DNA of 64,000 nt, from the NCBI GenBank assembly GCA_025594325.1, contig JANHCV010000001.1, positions 3,596,001 through 3,660,000 on the forward strand, given 5' to 3'. Positions 1 through 13,030 of this stretch are shown here, in pieces; within the stretch, counting starts at the first letter, position 1; each line of letters begins with the position of its first letter. The position numbers were made by a program, and so were the translations under genes. The notes beneath the pieces are model-generated. The model saw nothing but the letters and a program-made list of their open reading frames with translations, was not told the origin of the DNA and did not search any database. This DNA is from Blastocladiella emersonii ATCC 22665 (taxonomy: Eukaryota; Fungi; Blastocladiomycota).

Positions 1-2
1 AC

Positions 3-905
3 CGCGCCGCCGCCGAGCTCAAGACGGGCGAGTACAAGGAGTGCATCGCCGACGCCGAAGCCGTGCGCCGCATCGTCGACTTCTACGGCGGGATCGCCGG
101 AAACGACGACGCCATCAACGACCCCGCGTCGCAGACCGCCGTCGCCTACGCCGACGTCGCCAAGTCGCTCCTCCGCCAGGCCGCCGCGCTCGAGGCCCTC
201 GAAAAGTACCAGGCCGCCAAGGACATGTACGCCGGCGTCCTCGCCCACGACGCGCGGAACAAGGTCGCCATGGAGGGCATGGCGCGCTGCTCCCGTGCCC
301 TCAACCCGTCGCCCGTCGCGCAGCAGAAGTCGGCCGCCGCGTCCCCGGCGCCCACGTCGCTGCTCGGACCCGAGCCCGCTGCCGCAACCGCGGCGCCGTC
401 GGTCGTGTCCATGTTCGACACCCTCGCTCCTCCCGCCGCCTCCACCGCGACCACCGCCCCGGCGGGCGTCGCGCTGAATCCGGACGGCCAGCCGGCAGCG
501 CCCGAGGCCAAGGAGATGTCGCACGCCGAGGTCGCGCAGTCGACGGCGGTGCAGGAGATGCGCGCCGCGGACCGCGCGGCCGAGGTCGAGGCGGACCGCG
601 CCTTCGCGCTCAAGGACCAGGTCGACGCGGCCATCGCGGCGTGGCGCACGGGCAAGGAGGGCAACCTGCGCGCGCTCCTCGCGTCGCTCGAGACGGTGCT
701 GTGGGCTGACCTCAAGTGGCAGAAGGTGACGCTCGCCGAGCTCATCACGCCCGCCCAGGTCAAGGTGCGCTACCTCAAGGCGATCGCCAAGCTGCACCCG
801 GACAAGCTCGCGACGACCGACGTCGAGCACAAGCTGATCGCCGCCGCCGTGTTCGTGTCGCTCAACGAGGCGTGGGACGCGTTCCGCGCTCAGAACGGCA
901 TGTGA
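3..905 (+). CDS. SWA2: Auxilin/Swa2-like clathrin-uncoating co-chaperone, 3' part (TPR + C-terminal J-domain); 5' end lies outside the window
   Basis: Open frame from base 3 (RAAAELKTGEYKECIADA, TPR-like) to TGA 903-905. The C-terminus WRTGKEGNLRALLASL...VKVRYLKAIAKLHPDK...LNEAWDAF is the auxilin-type J-domain with HPD. Confidence 0.85.
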   Translation, partial: RAAAELKTGEYKECIADAEAVRRIVDFYGGIAGNDDAINDPASQTAVAYADVAKSLLRQAAALEALEKYQAAKDMYAGVLAHDARNKVAMEGMARCSRALNPSPVAQQKSAAASPAPTSLLGPEPAAATAAPSVVSMFDTLAPPAASTATTAPAGVALNPDGQPAAPEAKEMSHAEVAQSTAVQEMRAADRAAEVEADRAFALKDQVDAAIAAWRTGKEGNLRALLASLETVLWADLKWQKVTLAELITPAQVKVRYLKAIAKLHPDKLATTDVEHKLIAAAVFVSLNEAWDAFRAQNGM

Positions 906-1023
906 TGACGATGGATCGAGACGATAGTCGGATGGAGACTAAGAAACATATATGCGCAACACAATATAAACAAGCACAAAATCACATACACTACTACGGC
1001 GCGCCGCCGGGCCGGGCCAGGCC

Positions 1024-4000
1024 TCAGTGCGCGCGGACCGCCTGCAGGGGCTGCAGCACGTCGAACGAGCCGGTTCCGCCCTCGACGACCTTGCCGACGA
1101 CGATGCGGGCCGACGGCGAGTTGATGGCGTCGAAATCGCCGGCCATGGTCGCGGACGTGAGGAACCCGCACGTGGTCTCGTACGACATCTGGAGGAACGG
1201 CGACGGGTTGGAGCCCATGCCGATGCGGTTGAAGGGCTTGTAGCCGCCCTCGAACGTCATGTAGTCGGCGATGAGCGACAGGTGGCGCTTGTCGACCGAG
1301 ATGCCGTACACGTCGAAGACGCCGCCGATCTCGCGGATGATGGCGGCGCGCGCCGCCTCGACACCGTACACGCGCAGGATCGCCGCAATGTCGTTGGTGT
1401 AGATGGACGTCTCGTCGATCACGTCGGCGTGCTCCCACATGCCGTGGATGTTGACGCCCTCGGTCGCCACGCGCATCGCCGTGTCGTCGGCCGCCTCGTT
1501 CTGCGACGCAAAGCACCGGTCGATGCCCTCGAGCTCGTGCAGGATCGTCTTGTGCACCGCCTGCTCGGCGAGCTGCACCATCATGAGCTTCTTCCACTCG
1601 CCCGGCAGCGACAGCTCCACCTCGAACCACGCGCCGTCCTTGAGGTCAAACGACATGGCCGTCACGAACGACGTGGCCGCCATGGCCATGTTGGTCTTGG
1701 CCTTGTCCTCGGCCGACTCGGTCGCGGGGGCAGCCGACTCGTCGTCCTCGCTGTCCGAGTCCGAGTCCGAGTCGCGGTTGATCTGCTTGCGGATCTCGAC
1801 ATCCTCGTCGTCCTCCTCGTACGACGCGAGCTCCTTGCGGCGGCTCGAGTACTTGGACGCGGACGCGTCGCCGTCGCCGCCCTCGTCGTCCGAGTTGTCC
1901 TCGTCCTCGTCGTCGACGTTGGCCGCGTCGGCCTTGGCGGCGGCGCGCTTGGACTTGGGCGCGGGGGCCGCGTCCTCGTCGTCGCTGTCGGCGCCGGCGG
2001 CCTTGGCCGACTTGCGCGCCTTGGACTGGATGGTGATGAGGCTGTCGTTGACGGACGCGAGCGCGGCCTCCGAGTCCTTCTTGGTCATCTTCTTCATGTC
2101 CTTGAGGATGAGCGTCTCGAGGCGCTTGAGGAAGCCCGACTGGACCGCCGACCGCACGTCGCGGGCCGAGATGTGGTACACCTGGTTGTAGTCGGCCTCG
2201 GCGAACATCTCGAGCTTGATCTTGTACTTGCGGACGCGGGACGCGCCCTCGCGGACCAGGCGCTCGCGCACCTCGACGCCGCGCGTGATGGCGCCGAGCG
2301 TCAGCTTGGACAGCTGCTTGCAGAACAGGTCGCGCTTCTGCTCCGAGACGCCGTCGCGCAGCACCAGCGTCATGGTCGGCGTCTTGATCTTGGCAGACGC
2401 CGTCATGACGATCTCGCGCAGACGCGGGATACCGAGCGTCACGTTCTTGGCACCGAAACCGGCGAAGTGGAACGTGTTGAGCGTCATCTGCGTCGACGGC
2501 TCGCCAATCGACTGCGCGGCGAGGACACCGACCGCCTCTCCGGGATCGACGAGCGACTTGAGGTACTTGAGGCGCATCAGGGCCTGGAACGACTTGCCCT
2601 TGACCGTGTGGTTGAACCGCTTCTTGTCCTTCTTGAACAGGAGGTCGTCGGGGTTCTTCTCGAGGTACGCGTCGAGCGCGGACGCGAACTTGTCCGAGGT
2701 CGAGCCGAGGTTGCGGTACGGCGACAGCCGCGACAGGACCGTGTCCGAGGAGCCCTTCTTCTTGATGGACTTGGCGAGCTTGGCCGCGGCCTCCTCGTCG
2801 ACGCGCCCGACGAGCTCGTGCGGGCGGTACCGCGCCTGGAGGGCGACGTGGTTCTCGGCGCAGAACCGGAACGACGTGAGGTGCTTCTGCTTGGTCACGT
2901 CGAGGCCGTCCTCGCCGTAGAAGAACTGCATGATGGACCCGTCCGAGTCGCGCACCGTGCCGTCGTAGTGCACGCGCATGCCCTCGAGGTGCTTCATGAG
3001 GCAGCGCTGCAGGTAACCCGAGCGCGACGTCTTGACGGCCGTGTCGATGAGACCCTCGCGACCGGCCATGCAGTGGAAGTAGTACTCCTGCGGCTTGATG
3101 CCCGTGAGGAATCGGCCGGCGATGAAGCCACCGGCGCGCGCCGAGGGGTCGAAGGCGACAAACGACGGCAGCGACTTGCCCGACACCATGATGGGGACAC
3201 GGCGGCCCTCGAGCTCCTGCTGGCCGAGGCAGCACGAGATCTGCGACACGTTGACGTTGGAGCCCTTGGCACCGGACACGGTCATGAGCTGCATTCCGTT
3301 GTGCGGGAAGATGCGCACGAGGCCCTCGGGCAGACACTTGGAGATGATCGACGACGTGAGCCCGTTCATCTTGGACTTCATGGCCGAGTCGAGACCGGCG
3401 AGCTTCTCGTCCTCGCGCAGCACGCCCTCGAGCTGGTCCTTGAGCTCCTCGGCCGACGTGGCCTTGGTGTACTCGTGGGCGACCTCGCGGCCAAACTCCT
3501 TGCCGCCGTCGATCAGGTCGCGGCGCCACTTGTCGCCCTGGGGCGTGAGGAGCAGGTCGTCCATGCGGCACGAGAAGGCCGTCATCTGGACGTACTTGGA
3601 GAAGAGGCGCGACAGCGAGCCGAGGAGGTGGCCGGCGTACTCGGCGCCGTACGCCTCGTACACGGAGTGGACGAGACCGAAGGCCGAGGCACCGAACTGC
3701 GACTTGTCGAGGACACCGGTCATGAGCTCGCCCTCGCAGAAGATGACCGTGGCCTCCTCGGGACCGAGGTGGCCCCAGTACTTGGCGCCGACGCGCGCCT
3801 TGGACGTGAGGTTGAGCGGGGGCTGGCCGCGCGTCAGGTTGAGCAGCAGCGTCGACAGCACCTGCTTACCGGTCCACAGCGGCTTGGGCTTGCGCAGCGC
3901 GGGCGGGAGGAGCAGCACCTTGCCCTTGCGCATGGTTTCGGCGGGGAGCGAGCCCATGATGAGCTGGTGGTAGTCCTCGCGCGACAGGAACGTGTCGCGG

Positions 4001-6429
4001 GCCGTGAGGCGCACCGCCGTGATGACGTGGTCCTGGATGAGACCACGCAGCGGCGAGCCGTCCGTGGGCACGAGGTACTGGTTGTCCGTGTTGGCGATGG
4101 TGTAGGCCTCGGCGCGCGCCACCTCGTTCTGCGGGAAGTGCACGTTCATCTCGTCGCCGTCGAAGTCGGCGTTGTACGTGTTGCAGTTGGCGTAGTGCAT
4201 GCGGAGCGTCTTCTCGCCGGGCAGCACGCGCGCCTTGTGCGCCATGATCGAGGGCTTGTGGAGCGTGGGCTGGCGGTTGAGCAGCAGGATGTCGCCGTTG
4301 CGCAGGTGGCGGTACACCTTCTTGTTGGTGTGGGCCGCGTACGAGGGGGCGTTGGACCCGATGCTGGGCTGCGGCGTGAGGAGCTGCGCGGCGAGGGCGG
4401 CGCGCTGCTCGAGCGTCAGGTCGCTGAGCGACTGCAGCTGGCCGTCCTCGAGCTGGATGTGCGAGGCGCCGGGCCAGTTTTCGGGCCCGTTGATGACCGA
4501 CTGCATCATCCCGCGCACGTTGTGGCCGGTGACGGGCTCCGGGTACGTGAGCTTCTTGGCGAACACGGGCGGGATGCCGATCTCGGACGTCTCGATCCAC
4601 GGGTCGGGCGAGATGACGGAGCGCGCCGCGTAGTTGACACGCTTGCCCATCATGTGCTTGCGGAACAGACCCTCCTTCTTCTCGAGCAGCTGGCGGATGC
4701 CGGGCGCGGGCTCCTTGCCGCCCTTGCCGAGGTTCGGGTTCTTGGTGCTGTCGATGAGCCCGTTGGCGGCGAGCTGCATGGCGAGCCAGGCCTGGTTGAG
4801 CTGGACGAGGGTGCGCGAGCGCTCGGCGGCGCGGTCCTTGGCGGCGAGCGTGGTGGCGAGCGCGTGCGAGTAGTCGCGGATGAGCTGCGCCGACTTGAGC
4901 ACCTCGACGAGCGCCGCGTTCTGCGGGTGGTCGAAGGTCATGTCGCCCATGACGGCCGCGGGGCGGAACTTGGTCGGGGCGACGGGGAGCGCCTCGATGA
5001 AGAACTTGTTGGGCGACGTCATGGGGAGGTAGTCGCGGGCGGCCTTGGCCGACAGGTCGAGCACCGCGTCCTCGATGCGCGACAGGAACACGAAGTCGAG
5101 GAAGTGGGCCTCGTTGAACCACATGAGCTCGAGGATCGAGTAGGCCAGCGACGGGTTGACGTACTTGTCGGGGTTCGAGTTGGCAGCGGGCGCGGCGGTC
5201 TTGGCGGCGGCGGCGGCGGTGCGGCCCGACTTGGCCTGGTCGTCGCTGTCGACGTCCATGGACTCGGTCTCGGACTGCTCCTCCTCCTCGACCTCGGACT
5301 CCTCGTCCTCCCAGCTGCGGCCGGTGGCGGCGGCGCCAGCCGACTCGACGACCTTCTTGGGGTCGGCGGGGACGACCGTCTTGCCCTCCTTGATGGCGGC
5401 GACGCGCTCGCGGAGCTGCTGGCGCTTCTGGTGGACGAGGGCCTCGTTGAAGGACAGGCCCTTGGCCTCGTTGATGGCGGCGACGCGGCGGGCGGGCGGG
5501 GTGATGAAGACCTTGGCGGCGCCCTCGCGGCGGATGGCGACGGCGGGGGCGGTGCAGTGCGAGCAGTTGGGGACGGCCGTGATGCGGGCCATGATGTCGC
5601 GCTGCAGGGTGCGGCGGTAGTTGGCGGCGGCCGTGACCTTCTCGGGGGTCGGGGCCGTGGCGTTGGCGCGGGCGAGCGCGGCGTGCACGTACTGGCTGAC
5701 GCGGACCATGAGCTCCTGGTCCTTGAGCTTCTTGCCCGACGAGGCGCCGGCCTTCTTGCCCTTCTTGGCGGGCTTGGCGTCGTCGTCGTCGGATGCGTCG
5801 GCCTCGAGGCGGTTGTCCTCCATGGCCTCGTCGTCGTCGGACGAGTCGTCGTTGGCGCCGTCGAGGTACTTGGGCATGGGCATGTCGGGCTCGGGGCGCT
5901 GGCCCGTCACCTCCTCGAAGATGGAGCGCTCGACCGTGTCCTCGAGCCCCATGGCCTCGACGACCAGGCCGCGCGACAGGAGCAGCAGCTTGGCCTTGAA
6001 CGTGTGGATCACGACGGGGCTGAGGCGCAGCTTGAAGCAGTAGAAGCACGTCGCGCGCAGGTAGTTGAACATCTGGCCGAATAGCGTCGGGTTGTAGATG
6101 GGCAGGGGCAGGTCGACGTGGCCAAAGTGGCCGGGGCAGTCGAAGAAGCTGAGCGAGCAGGTCGCGCAGCTACACGGTGGGATTGTGGGGGGACCAGGGT
6201 CAGCGACCGGTCCGCGAGCACTCTCTCGAGAGGACGCAACGCACTAGCTGCCCTTGTCGAACGGGCCGAGCGCGGGGTCGTAGAGACCGCCGCGGGCGGG
6301 GTGGCCGTGGACATCGAAGACGGTCGGGTTGGTGATGGACTTGACCGAGATGGCGCGGATCTCCTCGGGCGAGTAGAACCCGAAGGACACGCTGTCCAGC
6401 TGGCGGCCGACGGGCTTGGCAATGTTCAT
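1024..6429 (-). CDS. RPA190: RNA polymerase I largest subunit (A190); exons 6245-6429 and 1024-6169
   Basis: Contains the catalytic motif YNADFDGDEMN, GKRVNYAARSVISPD, LNRQPTLH, the clamp zinc motif CATC...CPGHFG and TQMTLNTFHFAG. Pol I-type N-terminus (MNIAKPVGRQLDSVSFGFYS) and acidic expander region. One 75-nt GT-AG intron (6170-6244) restores the frame. Confidence 0.96.
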
Positions 6430-6978
6430 GGTGACGGCGCGGTGCGGTCAACACGAGCAGTGCGCGGCGGCGAGATCGGGGCGGACTGTCGCCGATGGAA
6501 GGCGGCCGGCCAGTTGCGGTGCTGGCGGGCGGCCGATGGGGAGAGTCGGTCTCGAGCGATGGGCGGCGACGCGCGACGGAGGGCGCGAGGGCAGCTCTCG
6601 AGGGGTGGGTCGGAGGTGCAGCTGCGCCACTGTGCGACGCGAACGGCAACAGGGATCGGCGGGGGCGGACTGCGGGACTGGATTGCGACGACGAGGGCCG
6701 CGGCCGCGCGGGGCGCGAGGACGGAGGGGTGGAAATGTGTTGCGTCCCCGCCAACGTGGGCCCCACATGACCTGTTGCGATGCTTACAGCCAGCTCACGT
6801 GCGCCGCCTCGAATACGCAAATCCTCTGCGCAGTTTGGCGCGTGCCCTGCAAGGATCATACAACCGGCTTTCTGCAACGTATCAACCCGCACGCGCGACG
6901 AAACTTGCCGCAACGCGCTCCGTGGGCCCTTCTATATCGCCTCACCCGCCAACGACCGACCACCGACCACCGACCACC

Positions 6979-7502
6979 ATGCTGCACCTGCTCGGCGTCA
7001 ACCTGCCCGACAAGAAGAAGGTCCCCGTGGCGCTGTCCTACTTCTACGGCATCGGGCGCCCGCTCGGCGAGAAGATCTGCCACCAGCTGTCGATCCACCC
7101 CGAGTGCAAGCTGCAGGAGCTGACCGACGCGCAGATCAACCAGCTCGGCGAGCTGCTCAACAAGATGACGATTGAGGGCGACCTCAAGCGCGAGATCAAG
7201 AACCGCGTCCTGCACCACCGCCAGATCGGCACCGTCACCGGCCGCAAGTTCGAGCTCGGACTCCCCGTGCGCGGCCAGCGCACCCGCACCAACGCCGAGA
7301 CCGCCAGCAAGCTCAACCGCCGCTGGCTCGCCAAGGACTACTCGACGTGCGTTCGCTCTCGGTCTGTTGCGTCGTTGCCGTCACGCTAACCCTCTCGCTC
7401 GCTCCCGCTAGCATGGCCGTCCGCCCCGCCCTCGAGCCAACGCTGACCCAGCGCCTGATGCCCGCTGCCATGCGCGCGCTCAACTGGTTCAAGCGCATCT
7501 AG
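6979..7502 (+). CDS. SWS2: Mitochondrial ribosomal protein uS13m; exons 6979-7346 and 7412-7502
   Basis: MLHLLGVNLPDKKKVPVALSYFYGIG...GLPVRGQRTRTNA is the S13 signature. The intron GTGCGT...CTAAC...TAG (7347-7411) keeps the frame to TAG 7500-7502. Confidence 0.92.
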
Positions 7503-7591
7503 ACGACCACCAACAACGCCATGTATTTTTCTCTGTTCCCTCCCTACCCGTACCAATCAGTAGCACCCCTGATCTTTGTTACACTGACGGC

Positions 7592-10500
7592 TCACATGAA
7601 GTCGGGCTTGAGCCGCCACCACCCGGCCCCGTTGCGCTTCTCGAACCGCGCGATCCCCGACAGCAGCTTGCGGAACACGACCACGTCCTCGGACGTGAGC
7701 TTGAGCCGAAACCGCCGCACAATGTCGGCGCTCGTCGCTGCCCCGCCCAGGCTCGCCAGGTGGTCGCGCATGTCGAACAGCAGGTCCTCTTGGTTGACCG
7801 CGTCGAGCCGCACCGGCGGGCCAGCGGACGCCGCGGCGGCGGGGGAGGTGCTCGCCGTTGCCGGCGCGGATGAGCTGCCACTCGGCGTCGCCGGCCGCGC
7901 ACCACGGAGTCCGGCGAGAAGACCCGCCGAGCTTGCCGCGCCACTGCTGCTGGGTCCAGTCGCCGCCGCACCGCGCGCAGCTGCTGCACCCACGCGCCGG
8001 CCTGCGATCGTCGGTCCCGCCGCCGCCGCTCGCTGCCCCGGCCGCGCAACACCCGTATCGCCGGACCGGCCGGTCCACGTCGGCACGCTGACATCGATCC
8101 CGCGTCGCGTGGCGCGGGACGCCTTGAGCGCCGCGATGGCCGCGTCGGCGACGCGCTGGGCCTCCTGCTCGACGATGATGAACTCGGGCCGCGTCGCCGA
8201 CATGGCCGCGTCGTGCTGGATCGCCGTCTCGACGCCCGTCGAGCCCATGAGCGACGCGAGAATGTGCGTCTCGCTGCTGGCGGCCGCCGACTCGGCACCG
8301 CCGCCGCCGTTGGCCTCGGAACCCGCGGCCGCGGCCGCGGTGGTGGCACCGTTCTCACCCTCGCCGATGCGCAGCGGCTCGAGCCGCGCGACGCCCTCGA
8401 TCTCGCGCACGAGCTCCTCGTCGGCCTTGGTCTCGGGCTGCTGCGCGGCGCGGCCCTCGGCCGCGAGCTTGGCCGTCTCGCGGCTCGGGCCCTCGTGCTC
8501 GGGCGCCAGCGTGAACAGGTCGCGCAGGTCGTGCAGGCGGAAGTACCGCCGCTGCTTCGGGTCCGAGAGGACCTTGGCCGATAGGTGAGTTTTCTACATT
8601 CGGTTCGCTTCGTTAGTCGTGATCTGCGTACAGCACAGGAAGCAGCCACGGACAAAGATTTGGCGATGGTAAATCTTCTCCTCGAGCGAGCCCGTCGTCA
8701 TGAGCCGGTAGATCGTCACATGCCGCGTCTGTCCGAGTCGCCACGCGCGGTTCATGGCCTGCAGGTCGCTACACGGGGAGGCGCGCGCATCGAGGTCAGT
8801 CAGTTCCGCGAGCTCGCCGCTCCGATATCCCGGCAACGCACGTCGTCGGGTTCCAGTCGGGGTCGTAGATGATGATACGGTTGGCGCCCGTGAGATTGAC
8901 GCCGAGCCCGCCGACCTTGGTCGTGAGCAGGAACAGGAACAGGTCGGGCGTGTTGTTGAACTCGTCGACGAGGGCGGCGCGCGCCTTGACGGGGGTGTTG
9001 CCGTCCATGCGGCGGTACTCGTACCCGATCTCGCGGACGACGTGCTCGATGATGTCGAGCATCTGGCGCGTCTGCGAGAACAGGAGCACCTTGTGGCCGA
9101 GCGCGCTCCAGCTGCGCAGTAGCTCGCGGACGACGACGAGCTTGCCCGACTCATCGACGGTGAGCGGGTGCGACGACGACAGGAGCCGCGGGTGGTTGCA
9201 CACCTGTACGGTTCGGGGCGTCAGGTCCAGCTCCCGAAAAAGCGGCGGAAGGAAGGGAAGGAAAGGAAAAGGGAGGGAAAGAGGAAGACGCGTATACCTT
9301 GCGCAGGGCGTCGATGCCGTAGAGCGAGTTGCGCTTGCCCTCGAGGATCTGGCCGGCCTCCTTGGACTCGAGGAACTGCTTGTACAGGGCGCGCTGCGAC
9401 GGCGACAGCTTGCAGAACAGGACCTGCTCCGACTTGGTCGGCAGGTCCTGCGCGACGTCGGCCTTCATGCGCCGCAGCATGTACGGCTGGATCAGGTCGC
9501 GCAGCACGCACGCGCACTTGTACGCGGTCTGCACCTGCACGTTGGACGCGTTGGCGTACCCGCCGATGTTGATCGGGACCGCGAACTCGCTCTGGAACAC
9601 GGGCAGCGTGCCGAGGCGGCCCGGGTACACAAAATCGAACAGCGACCACAGCTCGGCGAGGTTGTTCTGGATCGGCGTGCCGCTGAGGATGATGCGGTGC
9701 GGCGTGCGGAGCTGCTTGCACACGATGGTGATCTCGGCGTCCGGGTTGCGGATCTGGTGGCCCTCGTCGAGCACTACGTAGCCCCACTCGACGGGGAGCA
9801 GGTCGGCCGAGAAGTGCCGGATCCCCGCGTACGTCGTCACGAGAACGTGCCCGTCGCGCACCACGCGCTGGACCAGGTCCCGCACCCACGGCACGCTCTT
9901 GCGCTTCTGCACCTTGCCCTCGTCGTACTGCGCGACGACCGCGCGCGCGTCGGCCTCCTCGTCGCGGTCGCCCGGGAGCACGCCGGCGAACTTAGCGAAC
10001 GGGTCGTCGGCCGCGCCCTCGTCGTCCTCCTCCTCGCTGTCGACGCTGATGTCCTCGTCGTCGTCGTCAGCCGCGCGCCGTCTGCGCTTGTGCTTCTTGC
10101 TCGCGACCGCCGCCGCCGCCGCCTCCTTGCGCCCGCGGACCCCGGCGCCGCTGCTGTGGAGCACGACGACGCGCATGGGTGCGAACCACTGGTGGAACTC
10201 CTTGACCCACTGCTGGAGGACGGTCGCGGGGCACACGATGAGCGATGGCCGGCGCATCTGGCCCGAGTAGACGAGCGACGCGAGGAACGAGACGGTCTGG
10301 GTGGTCTTGCCGAGCCCCATCTCGTCGCCGATGATCCCGCCGACGCGCTGCGTGTGTAGCTCCCACAGCCACCGCAGGCACGTCACCTGGTACTGGAACA
10401 GGTGCGGGTGGATCGCGCCCGGCACTGCAAACTCCTTGGTGATGGCGAGGTCGGGCGCGCTGCCGGGGAGGTGGATCTCGGCCGCCGCGTCGAACGTGTC

Positions 10501-11854
10501 CGACGCGGAAGCCGACTCGCCCGTCCGCTCGCGGTAGTTGCGCTTCGCCCACCGCCGCAGACGACGCTGGTAGTGCTCCTCGAGCCCGTCGTCGGTCACC
10601 TCGCTGTAGTGCGTCTGCGGCGCCAGGGGCTCGGCGCCGTCGGCGGGCGCCTCGCGGCGGGACGTGCGCGCGCGGGTGGGCTTGGACTTGGACTTGGACC
10701 GGGCACGACTGCGCCGCGGGCGGTCCTCGTCGTCGAGCGCAAAGTCGCTGTCGCTCTCGGCCGCGTCGAGTCCCTCGTCGTCGTCGCCGTCAGACTCGAC
10801 GCGGTCCGGGTCAAACTCGCTCGCGTCCGAGTCCACGGCGGCCGCGTCCTCCTCGTCGCTGCTCGCGTCCGACACGATGAATCCGTCGTCATCATCATCT
10901 TGTCGGCGGGAAGCACGTTGCCGCGGCGGCCGAGGCGGCGGCGACGAGGGTGCGGCGTTTCGTTCGCGCTCGGCGCGGGATACGAGGCGACGGCGTTTGG
11001 CTGGTTTACTCGCGGCGGCGGCGTCGCTGCTGCTGCTACCGGCCTCGATATCGACCTCCTCGTCGTCCTCCTCGTCACCGTCCGAGTAGTCGACAAAGTC
11101 GCGCTTGAGCGTGGCGACGTTGGTGCGGCCGGCGGCGACGGCCTGGCGCACCTGGTCGTCGGACGCGAACGGGGTGATTTTGCCCTCGCGAATGAGGCGC
11201 GCGCGCTCGGCGAGAGGGTCGGGCGACGTGTCGCGGCGGCGTTCCGGCCGATGGGGTTGCGGGCGCGATGAAGAGGAGGACGAGGCAGTGGCGGCGGCGT
11301 CGCGCGCCTGCATGCGCTCCTTGACGGCCTCTTCCTCCTCGAGGAGCACCTGGATCTCGTCGCTCTACACGACGCGGGTCACCGGTAAGCGACCGAGTCG
11401 CATTGAAAACACGCGCGAGCGAGTAGGCGAGCATACCAGTGTGCGCATCTGGCGGCGCAGCGTGCTCCGTTTCGACGTCGGCGCGGCCTCGACGCGGTCC
11501 TCGAGCGTGCTCAGTTTCGCGTATGCAGTGCTACGCGAACGCAACACGCGTTAGCGGAACGCCCTCCCCCGCTCTCAATCGGACCTCATACTTGATCTTC
11601 TTCTGCACGGCGGCCAGCCGGCGAGCGTCATCCTCGCGGTCGTGTTCTGCCATCTGGCGTTCGACCTGGTCAACAATCGACCGCTCGAGGGCGTCGGCTG
11701 ACGCGACACCGACGCCGCCGAGGTGGCCCTGCAGCGCGGCGAGGTCGTCGTCGGGCACGCCGTGCGCCACCACGCCCGCAGCGGTGCTTGCGATGCCCGC
11801 GAGGAGCGACCGCGACGAAGACGACGATGACGATGCAGCAGGTGGCTCAGACAT
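7592..11854 (-). CDS. RAD26: SNF2-family ATPase Rad26/ERCC6 (CSB), transcription-coupled repair; 6 exons
   Basis: Motifs [75 protein letters not shown], plus a CSB-type C-terminal winged helix ([13 protein letters not shown]...WRLKPDF). Five GT-AG introns traced in frame. Confidence 0.93.
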
Positions 11855-12076
11855 GGTCGTCGGTGTGGGAGAGATTCATGGATGCGAGAGTGGAGTGCGA
11901 TCATGTCGCTCGATGCCGCTTCGGCTTCGACTCGATCGGGGCTCACTCAGCCACTCTCGTCAGCGTCACGCCGTGGCGCATCGCGTCCCTTCGCACGCTC
12001 TGTGTGGTTGATGGGAGAAGCGTTGATACATGAATGATACACACGACGAGACACGACACGACAGCCCACCCACGCC

Positions 12077-12608
12077 TCACTGCTTCTTCTTGCTCTTCTT
12101 GACGGGCGAGGTCGCCGTCATGACCTTGGCCCTGTGCTGCCGCGCGGGCAGCAGCCGCTCGACGTCGGGCGAGTCGTCGTCCACGTCGACAACCTCGTTG
12201 TTCTCCTTGTCGCCGCCGTCCGCGTACTCGTGCGGGTGGTCGAGCTTCTTGCCCTTGGCCGACGCGGCCGTGGCGGCGGCAGTTCCCTCCAAGGCCTCCG
12301 CGGCCTTCGGGTTGAGCGGCGAGAAGCGCCACTAGACCGCACGCGAAGAGTGTCAGTCTCGGCGCCATCACCCGCATTTCGCTGAGGAGGTGGAGCGTAC
12401 GTTGTAGGCGGCCGTGCGGAAGGCGTCCTTGTGGTTCATGGACGGCGACTCGACCTTGACGCGCTACACGGCGCGGTGGGCGGGCATGGTGTCAGCGGCC
12501 GTGGTCTCAGCGCACGCGCACGAGACGGAGACGACGTACGCGCAGCTCCTTGGACATGTACACGTTGTACGGCGACAGTTTGCGCGGGGACTTGTACGCC
12601 TTGGGCAT
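12077..12608 (-). CDS. Small YABBY/HMG-like domain protein; exons 12540-12608, 12401-12463, 12077-12331
   Basis: Spliced product MPKAYKSPRKLSPYNVYMSKELRRVKVESPSMNHKDAFRTAAYNWRFSPLNPK... matches the YABBY C-terminal pattern (SAYNxFIKEEIQRIKAxNPxISHREAFSxAAKNW). Two phase-0 GTACG-AG introns. Only the last exon appears in the ORF track. Confidence 0.85.
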
Positions 12609-13030
12609 CGTGGCGGTGATGACGGTGGTGTGGGGTGCTAGCGCGGGTCGGCCGGCCGAGTCAGCCTCGCGCGTCGTCATCGTCGGCGGCAGTGGCTCAA
12701 GGGCGCGTACACGGCGGTGATCTGAAGATGCAAGCTGAGCGCTGTCCGGGACAAGAGGAGAAGACGGGACGCGGGGGCCCGCCGCAGTCTTATGCGGGCG
12801 AGGGAGGCGGCCGTGGCCGTGGCCGTGGCCAGCTGCGCGCTTGGGTCCAAGTCCGCGCGTGGGCGCGTACGCTCAAACAGCCGAGTCACTGGGATTTCAA
12901 CACCGGATTTTCTTGATTCCACTCCGACTCCGATCCCACACTCATCAGGCAGGCAGGCCATGCCGCGGTCCCCACTTGGACTCTAAACCACGCGTGCCCA
13001 CAGCGGCCCGCGCGCGCTTGGTACCGGCGA

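Noticed and set aside
1027-6084. 1685-aa plus-strand ORF antisense to RPA190, and many similar long antisense or alternate-frame ORFs (e.g. 16586-18787, 26691-28355, 31616-33766, 39517-41697)
   Set aside because: These are shadows of very high GC3 codon bias. The translations are Arg/Gly/Val-rich with no motifs, and the opposite strand encodes recognisable conserved proteins.
6244-6246. Apparent premature TAG ending the 61-aa ORF at the RPA190 5' end
   Set aside because: The TAG spans the exon/intron boundary (TA|GTGCGT); splicing gives TAC (Tyr) and an intact frame.
11531-11591. Suspected non-canonical first intron in RAD26
   Set aside because: The GT after TATGAG gives the wrong phase, but a canonical GTATGA donor at 11591 restores the frame.
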